DNA from: Adineta vaga
Lineage: Eukaryota; Animalia; Rotifera
Direction of reading: 5' to 3'
DNA length: 64,000 bases
Assembly: GCA_021613535.1 (NCBI GenBank)
Contig: CP075495.1
Location: forward strand, 1,178,001-1,242,000
Position 1 is the stretch's first letter. Every line of letters begins with the position of its first letter. The notes beneath the pieces are model-generated. The model was given only the letters and a program-made list of their open reading frames with translations, was not told the origin of the DNA and searched no databases. This document shows positions 49,637-62,038 of the stretch, piece by piece. The position numbers and the translations under genes were made by a program.

Positions 49637-51133
49637 TTAGATTGGCAACAAAGTTCTTGCGTTTTTTCTAATTTTCTAAAACATTCCTGAAAGTTCCAGA
49701 AGTTTCAATACTGAGAGTATATAGAGAGAGTTTGAATATTTTTCAGATGATAATAAACCATCAATATGGACGTTGACCACGGATTGAAAATGAATATTTC
49801 TCCTAGAGAGATTCGAGTGCTTTTGTTTCACGAATTCCGTCTGGCTCGCAAAGCATCGAAAGCAGCCAACAACATATGTAGCACGATGGGTGAAAATGTA
49901 AACCACTTAAAGCAACTTATCGAACGAGATCCTCGCCTGACTTCACGGTGCTTAGCAGACCAGCGTGGATGCGCTCACATTGTGATGGAAAAACAGCTGG
50001 GCGAATTAGGCGAAATATGAAGTTGAGATACCTCATGAGTTATCATCACGTCAGATTTAATGCATGGCTGATGGTTGTATAGATTTCATGACATCTCACC
50101 GCAACTATCAATGGCTCGACGATCTTACTACTGGCGATGAGAAGTAGATGTTGTTTGTTAATCACACGCACAGACATCAGTGGCTAAGTCATGGCCAAAC
50201 AGGCTTAGCAACGCCTAAGACTGACCTACACCCCAAGAAGGTCATGCTTAGTGTTTGGTGGGGTGTCGATGGAATTTTTCATTGGGAAATTCTTCTAAAT
50301 GTTTGTACCATCACTACCGATCTCTACTGTCGACCATTGGATAGGGTTGCCGAAAAATTCAAGGAAAAGCAGAATCGAATTTATTTTTTGCATGACAATG
50401 CAAGACCCATGTTACAAAGACTACCTACGAAAAAATATTGCTCTTTCTCGTCACTTTCATGAGAAAAAGTTCGACGACAAGAACGATGTGAGAAGTCCCA
50501 AGATTTCTACGAACGTGGGAATCTATCTCTGCCAGAGCGTTGGCGAGAAGTCATAGATAGTAGTGGTTAGTGGCGTAATCAGACATTGTCGGGTGAGTGG
50601 GCGTCGCCCTATCAGTTTTTCGAAGATCGTATAAGTTGATGCACATATTTTATCTATTTTTATTCAGAACAAATGATTACTTATGTGATATCGTTTTATT
50701 TTATAAGTTCATAAGGAAATGAATCGTTGATGACATCAAATTTATCAACTACGATTAGTCAAGTATATTGTCCTCTTTTTTAACGGACAGGGGTTTTCGG
50801 AAAGTTGAAAAGTTCGAGGTCGAGCGTCGATTAATTTTGCGAAATGTTTTGAAAAACTTGAAAAAATATTGACGCATTTTTAGCAGTTCTTTGGCTTTTT
50901 TAAAGATTTCTTTCAGTGTTCTAGAAAACACTTTGCTTATTGTGTAGGCATATATTATTCTAAAAATTCGCTTCTTAAAAACTACCGATGAGCGGACGGC
51001 GCCTACTCGTACCCTACCATGGTTACGCCCCTAGTAGTGATGCTTATATCACTGAAAGCTAGTTGTAATATTGAAATGAACCAATAAAAATAAAAGTTTT
51101 GAAAAAGACGCAAAAACTTTGTTGCCAACCTAG
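49637..51133 (+). mobile_element. Degenerate mariner (Tc1/mariner) transposon
   Basis: TIRs TTAGATTGGCAACAAAGTTCTTGCG and (rc) CTAGGTTGGCAACAAAGTTTTTGCG, flanked by TA. Transposase remnants IPHELS, TGDEK*, HPKKVMLSVWW, LHDNARP, ERWREVIDS with deletions and stops. Confidence 0.93.
50568..51033. mobile_element. Non-autonomous hAT-like MITE nested in the mariner
   Basis: Termini TAGTGGCGTAATC and (rc) TAGGGGCGTAACC. 8-bp TSD GTAGTGGT (50560-50567) / GTAGTGAT (51034-51041). Removal restores VIDSSGAYITES*. Confidence 0.85.
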
Positions 51134-51452
51134 TATTAAGGTAAAAGATATAGATACAGAGTTAGAAAAAAGAGCAGAGCGCAACCTGAGGGTATGTACA
51201 CAATCAATTTTTTCTATATGATTATAGCTCCGCAAATTCAAACTAATCAGTCAACCTAATATACAAAACGTGTTTTATTTATTTTAGGTTCTCTTAAGTT
51301 CCATTTTCATTCATTCTGACATATCAAGTGAATGAACAGTGAGTATTTAATTGTAAAACTTGTTCTTTTCTTTTAGATTTATTTTAAATATGCGTACGAT
51401 ACTAATATAGAAGATCGGGGAAAACATACTACCGTATACGGAGAACGTATTT

Positions 51453-51475
51453 NNNNNNNNNNNNNNNNNNNNNNN
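51453..51475. other. Assembly gap (23 N)
   Basis: Run of n characters. Confidence 1.
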
Positions 51476-51714
51476 TTGTTAATCTAGGTAGCTTAATTCA
51501 TCCACTTGTCTACACGCTGAAGTAATATCAGTTTTGCGGATTAAAATGAAAATACATTAAAGTTTTCATGTGTAAAGAAACTATTGTAGTGTTGCAGAAA
51601 AAACCCTTGCTAAAATGCACTTAGATATTGACCAGTATTTGTTTCTTTCACTACTGAATTAAACATTTACGAGACGAATTTGTTCTTGTGAATATATTGA
51701 AACTCTAATGTACG

Positions 51715-51786
51715 TCCGCGGTAGTATAGTGGTGAGTATCCCCGCCTGTCACGCGGGAAACCGGGGTTCGATTCCCCGCCGCGGAG
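51715..51786 (+). tRNA. tRNA-Asp(GTC)
   Basis: TCCGCGG/CCGCGGA acceptor stem, TAGTATAGTGG A-box, CTGTCAC anticodon loop, GGTTCGATTCC B-box, discriminator G. Confidence 0.97.
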
Positions 51787-51791
51787 TAAAA

Positions 51792-51801
51792 TTTTTTTTT
51801 T
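51792..51801 (+). terminator. RNA polymerase III oligo-T terminator
   Basis: T10 run 5 bp after the tRNA. Confidence 0.8.
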
Positions 51802-52378
51802 CGACTTTTATTTTTGAAACGAAGCATATACATACTTACGCAACTATACTTTCTCTTATCAATTTATGCGCTGACGTCATCATGTGAAAAATAACTTTAT
51901 CGACACAAATATTTTCTTCTGTTTTTATGTCCTCCAAACGAAAACAAACATCAGTTTGAAAGACTTTTGACTATTCGAAAGTCCACATATAAAAGATAAT
52001 TTTTCTCTTTTTTTCATAACACTTATTTGATTGATAATCATACAATAATTGTAATGCAAACTATAGCACTGATGTGGATGATTCTTATTGTTCGCTTGAT
52101 TTGATACTTAAAATTGAAAGAAATAAAATAATAAGACAGACAATTAGTTTTCAATAACTTCAATTCGATATTATGCAAATACTTTGTTAATACAATCGTA
52201 GGTATTTCACACAATATTTTTCTTTTGAATTGTCAATATATTTCCTAATTATATTCGAAATTTGACTTAATAAATATTATCCAAAAAAAAAGCAAATTAA
52301 TTCTTTTTCAAAATAAAAATAAAATCTGTCACACGTCGGAAGTTTCAAAAAGAAAATAAGACAAAGAATTAATGAAAT

Positions 52379-53495
52379 CTATCCTATATAAAGAACAACA
52401 AAATATATAATTGAAAGTCCAATAATAACACCAATCAATTGTCGAAATGAATTTCTAGAAAGAGAAATTTCGAAAAAAAAAATAGTTATAAACCTAAAAT
52501 AAACTACATACTTGAGATCATTTTGTTTCAATAGATCTGGTACTGTTTTAACGAGAGCTACATAAAGAAAACCACCACTCGTGAATGGTAATACCCATAA
52601 CGTACCTAAAAGAAAAGAAAGTAAAAGAAAAACAAAACGAAATTATTATTTACTATGACTTGAACTGGAATAATAAAGTGCCATAGTTGCACCTAAAACT
52701 CCTCCTAAACCAGTGACAAGCTGAGCTTTCGTTGCTTCCCAACGATCAAAACCTGATCGTAAAAGTATAGCGAAATCACCCATTTCATGTGGAATTTCAT
52801 GAATTACGATTCCAGCAAGTGTTGTCATGCCAACTAACGAACTAACAGCAAAACCTCCACCAATCGCTGCACCATGTGTTAAATTGTCAATAAAATTTGC
52901 TAATAAATTTAAATAACCCGTTGTCTAAAAATTGATTTTAATAAAAATGAATTTTAGTTTTTTTTTTCTACAAGTGTCTTTACCTTGATTTTTCTTTCTG
53001 TCGAAATAATATTCTAAAAAGAATCATTTTTTTTTGTAGAATTTTTGTTGTTTTTTGAAAATTTATTTCTACCGTTGATGATTGATCTGATTTAATTTTA
53101 TTATGAGAAGAATTTTCTTCTTCATCATCGTCGGTGTCATCTTCCGGAAATATCTGTTCAATTAGAAAAAAAACAAATAGACCACCAATTGTCCAAAGAC
53201 CAATTTGAATTGTTGATGCATGTGGATGAGCAAATGCTTCTGGTAATAAATGAAGAAAAACATCAGCTAGTTGACTACCAACTGCAACACTTAATAACAA
53301 TTCCAAATAAGGTTTATCTTCTATTTAAACAAAAAAGCAAAATAAAGAAAATCAATATGTTCAATTTAACAAACTTTTTGTTTCTTCATTTGGAACAACA
53401 AAAATTGGTAGAAGACCAATACAACCAACAAGAATTGCTCCAAAAATTGCATTCACCCATGTTTGAAGAGAATAACTGATTAATTCTAATGTCAT
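52379..53495 (-). CDS. SLC39A13: LIV-1 ZIP zinc transporter, ZIP13-like (multi-exon)
   Basis: LADVFLHLLPEA, GYLNLLANFIDNFTHG, HEIPHEMGDFAILLRSGFDRW, LPFTSGGFLYVALV. No His-rich N-terminus, which favours ZIP13 over ZIP7. Confidence 0.85.
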
Positions 53496-53799
53496 GACGT
53501 TAGATATAACACAACGTTTATCTCTAACTAATAATATCCTTCATATTTTTTCTTCTTATAAGGCGCATGATGTGCTTTTTCTTCTTCTTCTTCTTCTTCT
53601 AATAGAAAGCAAAACAACGAAGAACAGAGCAATGCTTATGGATTCTTTTTTCCTAGCGACGAAGCATACGTTAATGATTCATTCTCATTTGCCCTTTCAC
53701 CGTGCTAAGAAAAGAGTATATGATAAACAGATTTCCCATGTATAGATATTTTTCCCATCAGAAAAAAAACATTGATAATGTACTTATCATAGAATCAGT

Positions 53800-54096
53800 T
53801 TATTTTTGTGAAGTAAGAAATGATCCATCGAATGCAGTGATTTTAAAACCACGTAAAAGAAAAAATATGAAAACATCAAAAATTAGAATAAAATAGGGTA
53901 AAAGTACAAGAATAATCTCTCCGAATGTTGCTCGATGTTGTACAAATGAGATTTGTCGTGGAACTAATGATGGACGAATCGATGATGTTCGTCGATTATC
54001 ATTTTCTTCGGTATTTTCTTCAATGAAACTTTGAAATGCATCATTATTTGTTGTTGGTGAAGACATTTGCATCTTTATCATCTTCACATTTAACAA
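53800..54096 (-). CDS. Small protein with C-terminal transmembrane helix (hypothetical)
   Basis: Polar N-terminus followed by IILVLLPYFILIFDVFIFFLL. No family recognised. Confidence 0.4.
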   Translation of the reverse strand: MLNVKMIKMQMSSPTTNNDAFQSFIEENTEENDNRRTSSIRPSLVPRQISFVQHRATFGEIILVLLPYFILIFDVFIFFLLRGFKITAFDGSFLTSQK

Positions 54097-55676
54097 GATA
54101 CTATTTCAACATTTATTTTTTTTTTGCTTTATCATTATCTCTTCACATACATGTGCTTCTATGTATGTTTTTATCATACATTTATCTATTCTTTCTTCAA
54201 CTCACTATCAGTTTCAATTGAAGAAGAAAAAAAAAGAAGTAAATGTATTACTTTACAATAACATCAGTTTATATTCTCATAAGTCTTATCAAATGAAATG
54301 ATCGTTAAAAACTTATGTCCATATGATTGTGACGTCATACAAATATTCAACACACTTCTCTATATCTGTCAGAGATCAATGTAGGCGTAATTCTTGAAAC
54401 AGATGTTAACATTTTTGAGAACTTGACGTTCAATCTGTTTGTGGCTATGAATAGATCTTCGAAAACAGGAAAAAATTGTAGAGAAAAACAAAATTTCCTT
54501 CGGACATTCTTAATGTTGAAGGAAAAATGATGTCGTGACAACGCCTCTATATAGATTTATGCTTGCATAGAAAGATATTATTTTTCTTGCGTTCTTTCAT
54601 TTTATGAGTAACTGTATTTTTTTTAATATTCGAGTAACATAGAATAACATATAGAAAGCTTATCATGGGTAATTTCACAAGTAGATTCTATACAAGTCAA
54701 TCTCATGGTAAGATACAGGTTTTTATTTTATTTTTCAGCACGTATACAATGGCGTGGTTGTTTTTTTAACACAGACAGAATGTTGAACGTATTTTGTATT
54801 ATTTTTAGTTTCCATTTATGTTAATTCCTTCATTTTTCGCGGAATATTTTGAGAATGTTTCTTTTTTCTTATTGTCGACGAATTTTTTATCGAAAGTGTC
54901 ATTGATGGTCTTCAACTTCTTTTTCTTCCTAACATTTATAATCTAAATTCTTTCTTTTTTATTGACAATGTGGTGGTGAAGAGAACGGAAGAAGAAAAAA
55001 ACAAAGTAAATTTTGTTAAATTTAGTTGGCAATTCAGACAATAAACGAAGAAAAAAACGACACCTTCATCTCTTACCATGCGACTCGCGTTTTACAAAGT
55101 TGGTTGAAGTAAAAACAAAGATAGACGAATCTTTTTTTTTCAATTTTATAGTTATTATAACGACGAAATAGGAATAAGATTCTTTTCGATGAGTAAATCA
55201 TCGAGAATGATACGTTCTATTTTTATAGAAACCATTCGTTAAGTATAGATAGGATTTGTTCTCATATAGAACTTCAGAAGCTACTTGAACCCAACACTTT
55301 CAGTCATATGCCTTTATTTGATTGGGTTGGTACCAATGAAGTTTTTATTTGTGTTTATTCATAATTCTGAAAGAGATAAGCGAAGATTATTTATGAGCTT
55401 TTGTTTTTTCATAATTTGCATCAAACATTTGTAACCATACCGTTCTATCCATCTTTCTTGGCTTTTCTCTTTCTTTTGTTTGTACATATAGAATTGCGCG
55501 TTTCTGTCTGTAAAAGATGCGATTCTTGAGAGGAAGAAATAACGAAAAGATCTTAATGAGAAAATGTTCTACATCGACGGAGTCTTTTTCTGTCATTAGA
55601 TAATCTATCAATGAGATAAAATTCATTTTATGCGCATACATTCTAGAATAATTCATTTTTTGTTGCTACAATCACC

Positions 55677-58618
55677 ATGGATGCAAATGATGAAAATCGT
55701 GCAAGTTCTAATTCGGAAATGAGCGAAGGAGAAGACAAAAAAATTGATGATACTCATAGAGATGACAATAATTCGGACGTAAGAGGAAAATCTGGCGAAT
55801 TCAATGAAAGTGACCAAGATACGTCCGAAAAATCATATGAAACTGATATCCGGAAGAACAGCGGCAAAGATGAGAATAATAAGAATGTTGACAAGTCAAG
55901 TGGCCACGACAGTGCGATTCATAATTATGATTCACATTCCTACCAAAATGTGTGTCACAGTACGGAACCGAATAACGACGCTGATCTATCTAGAAACGAA
56001 CAGGCAGGCATGGATATAGATGTTACACGAGATGATCAATCAAGTCCAAACATCATTTCTCAAAATAATAAGCAAGATGGAAAAGGTATTTTATCTTTCA
56101 ATGATAATAGAATAAAAAGAACAGTCCTAGTAATTATTCGTACGCATTCAGTCCAGATATTAATTTTTCCTATATCAAACAGTTATATCATATTTAATTC
56201 AAATAATTTTATTGTTTTAGACAAGGAACACGAAGAAGTCAAGCCTGGCCCCATAATACCTCCTGGCATACCACCTCAAAACACATCTCCTGGAATAAAA
56301 TCAGGTACCATATTCAATGAGTTTCAGTCTGATGAAGACCAGGCGATCTTTCATCCGTTTTTATTAGATGCTTTTTAGTTTTAAAATATTTCTTTGTAAT
56401 AACGTGTTAATTGGTCAAGAAATCATATTGATACTGGAAGACCGTTAGTCTAAAAAACGATCACGTCAAGCGTGACAAACTGGAACAAAGATTAATTTCG
56501 AAAACTGTATATTTCTGTTGAACGACGGTAAAAACAATTTTCTTGAGTATACAGACTACTTAGTTCATACATGAAATACATGAGCATCACATCAGTATAT
56601 TTAACAATTTTAAGTGACCATTTCGATTCGGTTGGAAAATATCACACCGTTACTAACTCTTATGAACACGATTCTAATGAAAAAGCACATAGTAGTTTTG
56701 ATAATTAAGATGATTTGTTGCATAAAGACTATTTAGGTTAGTAGTCAATTAATCTTTTATTTTTTAATGGAATAGTTTCTTCTAAAATATTTTCATACTA
56801 CATCATTTCCTGTAAACAGAACAGAAAGATTTAATGTATTTTAAACGAAAACTTGTAGACAGAAATAGTAATAAGAAGAATATAGAACTAATTATATAAT
56901 TTATATACGTAGTTCACGAACGGTTGTGTCTTCAGTTTCATGGAAATTCTCAAGGAAAAATCATGAAACCTGATGAGCTGGAAGACATGGATGAACCACC
57001 TGAAGCAATTGACAATAAGATTGTAAATCGCATTAAAGGATCTATGATTGGAATGGCATTGGGTGATGCTCTTGGTGCACATGTAGAATTTCGGCCTCAC
57101 GAATATTTACTTCAACATGAAGTCAAAGATCTTGGATCAGGAGGAACTTGGGGTCTTGAAAAAGGACAGGTATGTAATTGTCTATCATTATCTACTATAA
57201 GATTTTGACAACAGGTACAGGGACTTAGTTTCTGTGGATTTATTGAAATTTTAAATAAATCACACATTATTTCTGGGGACGAGAGCCTAATGATAGTGTG
57301 AGCGAGTGCAGGCGGCAGAAGTAATAGTGAGGATACGCTGAAATACTGATGCAGCTAATAAGTGTAAATAAATCATCTGTGGAAAATAAATCCCGGCAAC
57401 TTCTTATAAACATCTTAACTGAATATACAACTCAGTAAACTCTAACACAATAAATTATTTTGATTTGTATTACAGAAAATAGAAATTTATATTTTGTCAT
57501 AATACTTTTTTCTTTCCATCATTCATACCTTTGTCGACTTCGCATGATCGAGAATAATAAATAGAGATGACGCATAGGTTTTAGAATCGAAATTGAACGA
57601 ATAATCTTGTTGTCACATATTGAGGAAATAAATAAACACAACATATTCCGTATCAAAAATAGAATTAGCTATGACGTCTGAGTGTAGAAAATATTTTTTA
57701 TTTTTCCCATTGCTTGTTGTTCAGTTTACCGACGATACATCCATGGCACTTTGTTTGGCAAATTCATTAATAGTCTGTCGTGATTTTAACCCTTACGATC
57801 AACTAGTACGCTATAAATGGTGGTACAAACACGGATATATGTCATCAACTGGACACTGTTTTGATATTGGAGCGGCTACTAGACAATCAATAGAAGAATT
57901 TCGACGTCGTCAAAAGAAGTTTGCCACAGAGCACAACATCGAAGAAAAAGATATAGATAACCTTTCTGATATTGTGACTTCGAAAAATTTTGATGTATAT
58001 TGCAGCGAAGATGGTGTAGCAGGGAATGGAGCTCTTATGCGTCTAGCACCTGTGCCACTCTTTTTCTATAGATGTCCTGAAGCAGCTGTAGAGTATTCAG
58101 GTTTTAGTGGAAAAATCACACATGGAGATGAGAAAGCCTATGATGCATGCCGTTATTATGGTGCTTTGATTGTGGCTGCTCTTCAAGGTTATAACAAAGA
58201 TAAATTGTTAGATAGCCAATTCTACAAAAACCATAGAAGCTGGTTTGGTGAGAAAGATTTACATCCTGATATAAAATCCATCGCCGAAGGATCGTATAAA
58301 GTAAATGGGTATGAAGGCGGTATTCGAGGAAAAGGATATATAGTGCCAGCGTTAGAAGCAGCTTTATGGGCATTCTGGGCCCATGATAATTCTTTCGAAA
58401 AAGGTGCACTTGCTGCTGTCAATCTTGGCGATGATACTGATACAACAGCAGCGATTTATGGTCAGTTAGCTGGAGCCTATTATGGCTATAACGAATTACC
58501 GCCAAAATGGCTCGAACATGTTTATGCCAAAGCTTTTATGGAAAAGTTAAGTAAATGGATTGCATATGAAGGAGATTGTTGGTATCAAAGAACGTCAACG
58601 GCTGTTTCTCAATCGTAA
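55677..58618 (+). CDS. ADP-ribosylglycohydrolase (ARH/DraG family) copy 1, with probable acidic N-terminal extension
   Basis: GMALGDALG...GGTWGLEKGQ|FTDDT (intron 57170-57724), CFDIG, GNGALMR, TH, NLGDDTDT. The link to upstream exons (55677-56085, 56221-~56304) is not fully resolved. Confidence 0.85.
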
Positions 58619-58873
58619 AAAAGGTAGTAATACTGTCACATTTCTTTTTTTACAGTTCAAGCGACATTTATATTGTCTTGTATGTAATTATAAAAGAAAC
58701 ATTATCTTATTCTCTTTCTTTTATTTTTAATAAATTCTTATTCGATGTTTCAATGTAGTCGACAACAGACATATTTCATTGTTTTCTTTCTTGACTTTCT
58801 AATCTAACAATATCAAAATGCATTATTGTTTATTTATTGTAGAATAAAATTTTTGTTTAAATTATATTGAATA

Positions 58874-60880
58874 ATGACTGAATTTCCTCCGCCTGATAAA
58901 CGTATATTACCACATAAAATACACCTTGCTTCACCATCACACATCGATAAATATAATATTGATGTAGATCGCTTCATTGGTTCTATAGTTGGACTTGCCG
59001 TCGGTGATGCATTAGGAGCGAGTTCAGAATTTCGTCCTCATGATTATTTTATCAGTCATCCTGTTAAAGATATGAAAGGTGGAGGTACTTGGGGTCTTGA
59101 GAAAGGTAAATGGACAGACGATACTTCTATGGCGTTATGTCTTGCTTCGTCTTTAATTACGAAAAAAGATTACAATCCTTACGATCAAATGGTTCGCTAT
59201 AAATGGTGGTTTCATCATGGATATCTCTCATCGACGGGAGCTTGTTTTGATATTGGAAATGCAACGCGAGATTCAATTGATACATTTGCACGTCGTCAGA
59301 AAACTTTAATTAAACATTGTCCTCACAATCCAAACGATGTTGATAAATTGCCGTGGGAAATTGTTGAATCTGATAACACATTCGATGTCAATTGCAGTTC
59401 AGAAGGTGTGGCAGGCAATGGAGCTCTTATGCGTCTTGCTCCCGTTCCACTTTTCTTTTATAAATTTCCTGAACTTGCCGTAGAATATTCTGGTCGTAGT
59501 GCTCGTCTTACTCATGGAGATCAAAAAGCGGTTGACGCATGTCGTTATTATGCCGCACTTATCGTTGCTGCTGTCAATGGTGAGTCAAAAGACAAACTTT
59601 TAAATGAACGATTCTATGAAAATCATCTTGAATGGTTTGGTTCGCAGAGTCTTTGTAAAGAAATACTTGATATTGCTCATGGATCTTATAAACGAAAAAG
59701 AGGTTATGATGATGGAATTCGAGGAAAAGGTTATGTTGTAAACGCTCTTGAAGCAGCTCTATGGGCATTCTGGGACGATGAAAATTCATTCAAAAAAGGT
59801 GCACTTGCTGCTGTCAATCTTGGTGATGATACTGATACAACAGCAGCAATTTATGGACAATTAGCTGGAGCTTGTTACGGTTATAACTATATTCCTAAAA
59901 GTTGGCGGAAAGATCTTTATGCTCATGATTTGTTAGTTAAAGTAGGTGAATGGCTTTGCTTTCTTGGGAGCCAATATAATGGTTTCGCAGATAAGCACAA
60001 AGTGGCACCATCAACTCGAAAAAATATGAAACAGTATTTATCTGGTACTATATCGTTGGGTTCTAGCTTGATCGCAACGTCTCAAACACCTGTAGTTTCG
60101 TCTTCAGATTATCAACCAAATGCATACAAGGGACCTACAGTTCATCAGGATTTCAATCGTACCCAAGCAGCTATTCCACGTGACACATTACTTTCATCAG
60201 GTCGACTAGTTAACCAGCGACCAGCAGAGCAAAGGACTCAAAATTATCAATCACACGTATATGAACAACCCATTACTCAGTCTTCCAAACAGACAGTGAA
60301 CATCAGAGGTCGGCAACCAAATCCGAATTCTTTTACATCACGACGTTTGAATGGATTGGACAATGAATATCCATCAGTATCTAAAATCAGTACTCTTGGA
60401 ATACCACACGATCAATCAGATTTCTCTCAACTATATGATTCATCGCATCCATCATACTCTAATAATGATTCAAGATACACACGATCGATAGAGAGACAAA
60501 CTGAAAATCAAAATGTGGGTTCTAACATACCGAGACCGGGTAGCGCTTCACGATCAATTCGTAATTCGCATTTAGCGTTTGATAATCGTGATACGACTCG
60601 AGGTACAATGTGGTCATCGTCATATAACAAGTATTCACCTGTTGATCGTAGGAATAGGAATGATTCCAGAGAAAAAGATTCTCTCAGTTCGAGTCTAGTT
60701 GCTCCATATAGTCGTCAAAATTCTCATCGACGTCTTATTATCTTCCTACTTCGACGTACTCTGGCACTTTTGAAGATAAATATTATTAGAACAATCTTGA
60801 CAGACATTTTCAGCAACGGATACTATATCATTTCAAATAATTTTATTTACTACTTAGCATATAGAGTTGAATATTTCTGA
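58874..60880 (+). CDS. ADP-ribosylglycohydrolase copy 2, with Ser/Arg/Gln-rich C-terminal tail
   Basis: GLAVGDALG, WTDDT, CFDIG, GNGALMR, NLGDDTDT. Intronless catalytic domain plus ~300 aa of low complexity; exact 3' end uncertain. Confidence 0.9.
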   Translation: MTEFPPPDKRILPHKIHLASPSHIDKYNIDVDRFIGSIVGLAVGDALGASSEFRPHDYFISHPVKDMKGGGTWGLEKGKWTDDTSMALCLASSLITKKDYNPYDQMVRYKWWFHHGYLSSTGACFDIGNATRDSIDTFARRQKTLIKHCPHNPNDVDKLPWEIVESDNTFDVNCSSEGVAGNGALMRLAPVPLFFYKFPELAVEYSGRSARLTHGDQKAVDACRYYAALIVAAVNGESKDKLLNERFYENHLEWFGSQSLCKEILDIAHGSYKRKRGYDDGIRGKGYVVNALEAALWAFWDDENSFKKGALAAVNLGDDTDTTAAIYGQLAGACYGYNYIPKSWRKDLYAHDLLVKVGEWLCFLGSQYNGFADKHKVAPSTRKNMKQYLSGTISLGSSLIATSQTPVVSSSDYQPNAYKGPTVHQDFNRTQAAIPRDTLLSSGRLVNQRPAEQRTQNYQSHVYEQPITQSSKQTVNIRGRQPNPNSFTSRRLNGLDNEYPSVSKISTLGIPHDQSDFSQLYDSSHPSYSNNDSRYTRSIERQTENQNVGSNIPRPGSASRSIRNSHLAFDNRDTTRGTMWSSSYNKYSPVDRRNRNDSREKDSLSSSLVAPYSRQNSHRRLIIFLLRRTLALLKINIIRTILTDIFSNGYYIISNNFIYYLAYRVEYF

Positions 60881-61292
60881 ATGCATTGAATCATTCATTT
60901 AACGACAAATATACGATTTATATTAATAGTAAGGATATCTTAGGAAGCTCACATACTGCATCTATTCACTTTCGAACAAATTTCAACCATAAAAAAGTAT
61001 TTTAAAAATTTCCGTATTCTTACTTGTTTGAGAAATTATTTTAAAAGAATTCGAAAGCGATCATAAACTACATACTTCAGATGTAATACTATTTCTCTAT
61101 CGAATCTTCTCGTGAAATCTTGTATAAAAATATCACGATCTTCTCTGCAGTGAATTTTACAAGAAGGTAGAGAAATTGTTAGTTGTCAATTACGACCTAT
61201 ACTCATAATAGGATTTATTAGTTGAAATCAGTTTATTAAGAAAAATTGGAAAGATAATGTCATTTCTTTTTCAATAAAATGAAAACATTTTT

Positions 61293-61766
61293 TTAAAGAT
61301 CTTTTGTATATTGATTTCGAAGATTTCTTAATTGAACAACCAATCCTTCAAAACCTTTAATTAATCGACCATTTTCAAAGGTAACTTTTTTCATTTGTCC
61401 TTTCGTTTCAATTTGAATCCATTCAGCACCACCATCAGCACAATCCGGACAACCAATTTGTTCATTCAAAGCTTGAAAAGCATTGAAATCAACTAAACTA
61501 ACTAATTCATTCCATTCTTCTGCTGTAAAAGGAGCAGCTTTTTTCACTGGTGGAAATTCTGTTTGTTGATAATTTGCTTCTTTAATAGAAATCACTCTTT
61601 TCAAATTTGATGAGATCATAATCGATCGACGACAATAACCACGACACATACCAAATGAAACTCCACTAGAAATTGATATTATATCATTATTCGGCGTAGA
61701 ATTTTGTCCTTGAATGATGACCAATGCACCAAGAAAGAAACAGCAAGATAAAAATATTTTCATCAT
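61293..61766 (-). CDS. Secreted 157-aa protein with CxGxC and CPDC motifs (bacterial-like hypothetical)
   Basis: Signal peptide, SFGMCRGYC, IGCPDCADGGAEWIQI; intronless. Confidence 0.8.
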   Translation of the reverse strand: MMKIFLSCCFFLGALVIIQGQNSTPNNDIISISSGVSFGMCRGYCRRSIMISSNLKRVISIKEANYQQTEFPPVKKAAPFTAEEWNELVSLVDFNAFQALNEQIGCPDCADGGAEWIQIETKGQMKKVTFENGRLIKGFEGLVVQLRNLRNQYTKDL

Positions 61767-62038
61767 CGAGAAAAAAAGGTAATTTATTGTTAAAATCGAT
61801 TAATATGGAATCATTGAATGATCAAGTGGTTTGATATTTATATACTCGATCGTTTTCGAATAGAATGAAAAGAAAAACAATATATTGTTTTTTTTCTCAA
61901 ATCAACATTTTAATACAAAATAAATATTAGAAAATCTATATGTAATTGATACTGTCGAAAGAGATTAAATAATAACAAAAATAATCTTCTGAAACTTTCT
62001 CACAAATATTTTAAAAGAAAAACAAATTCATATAGAAA

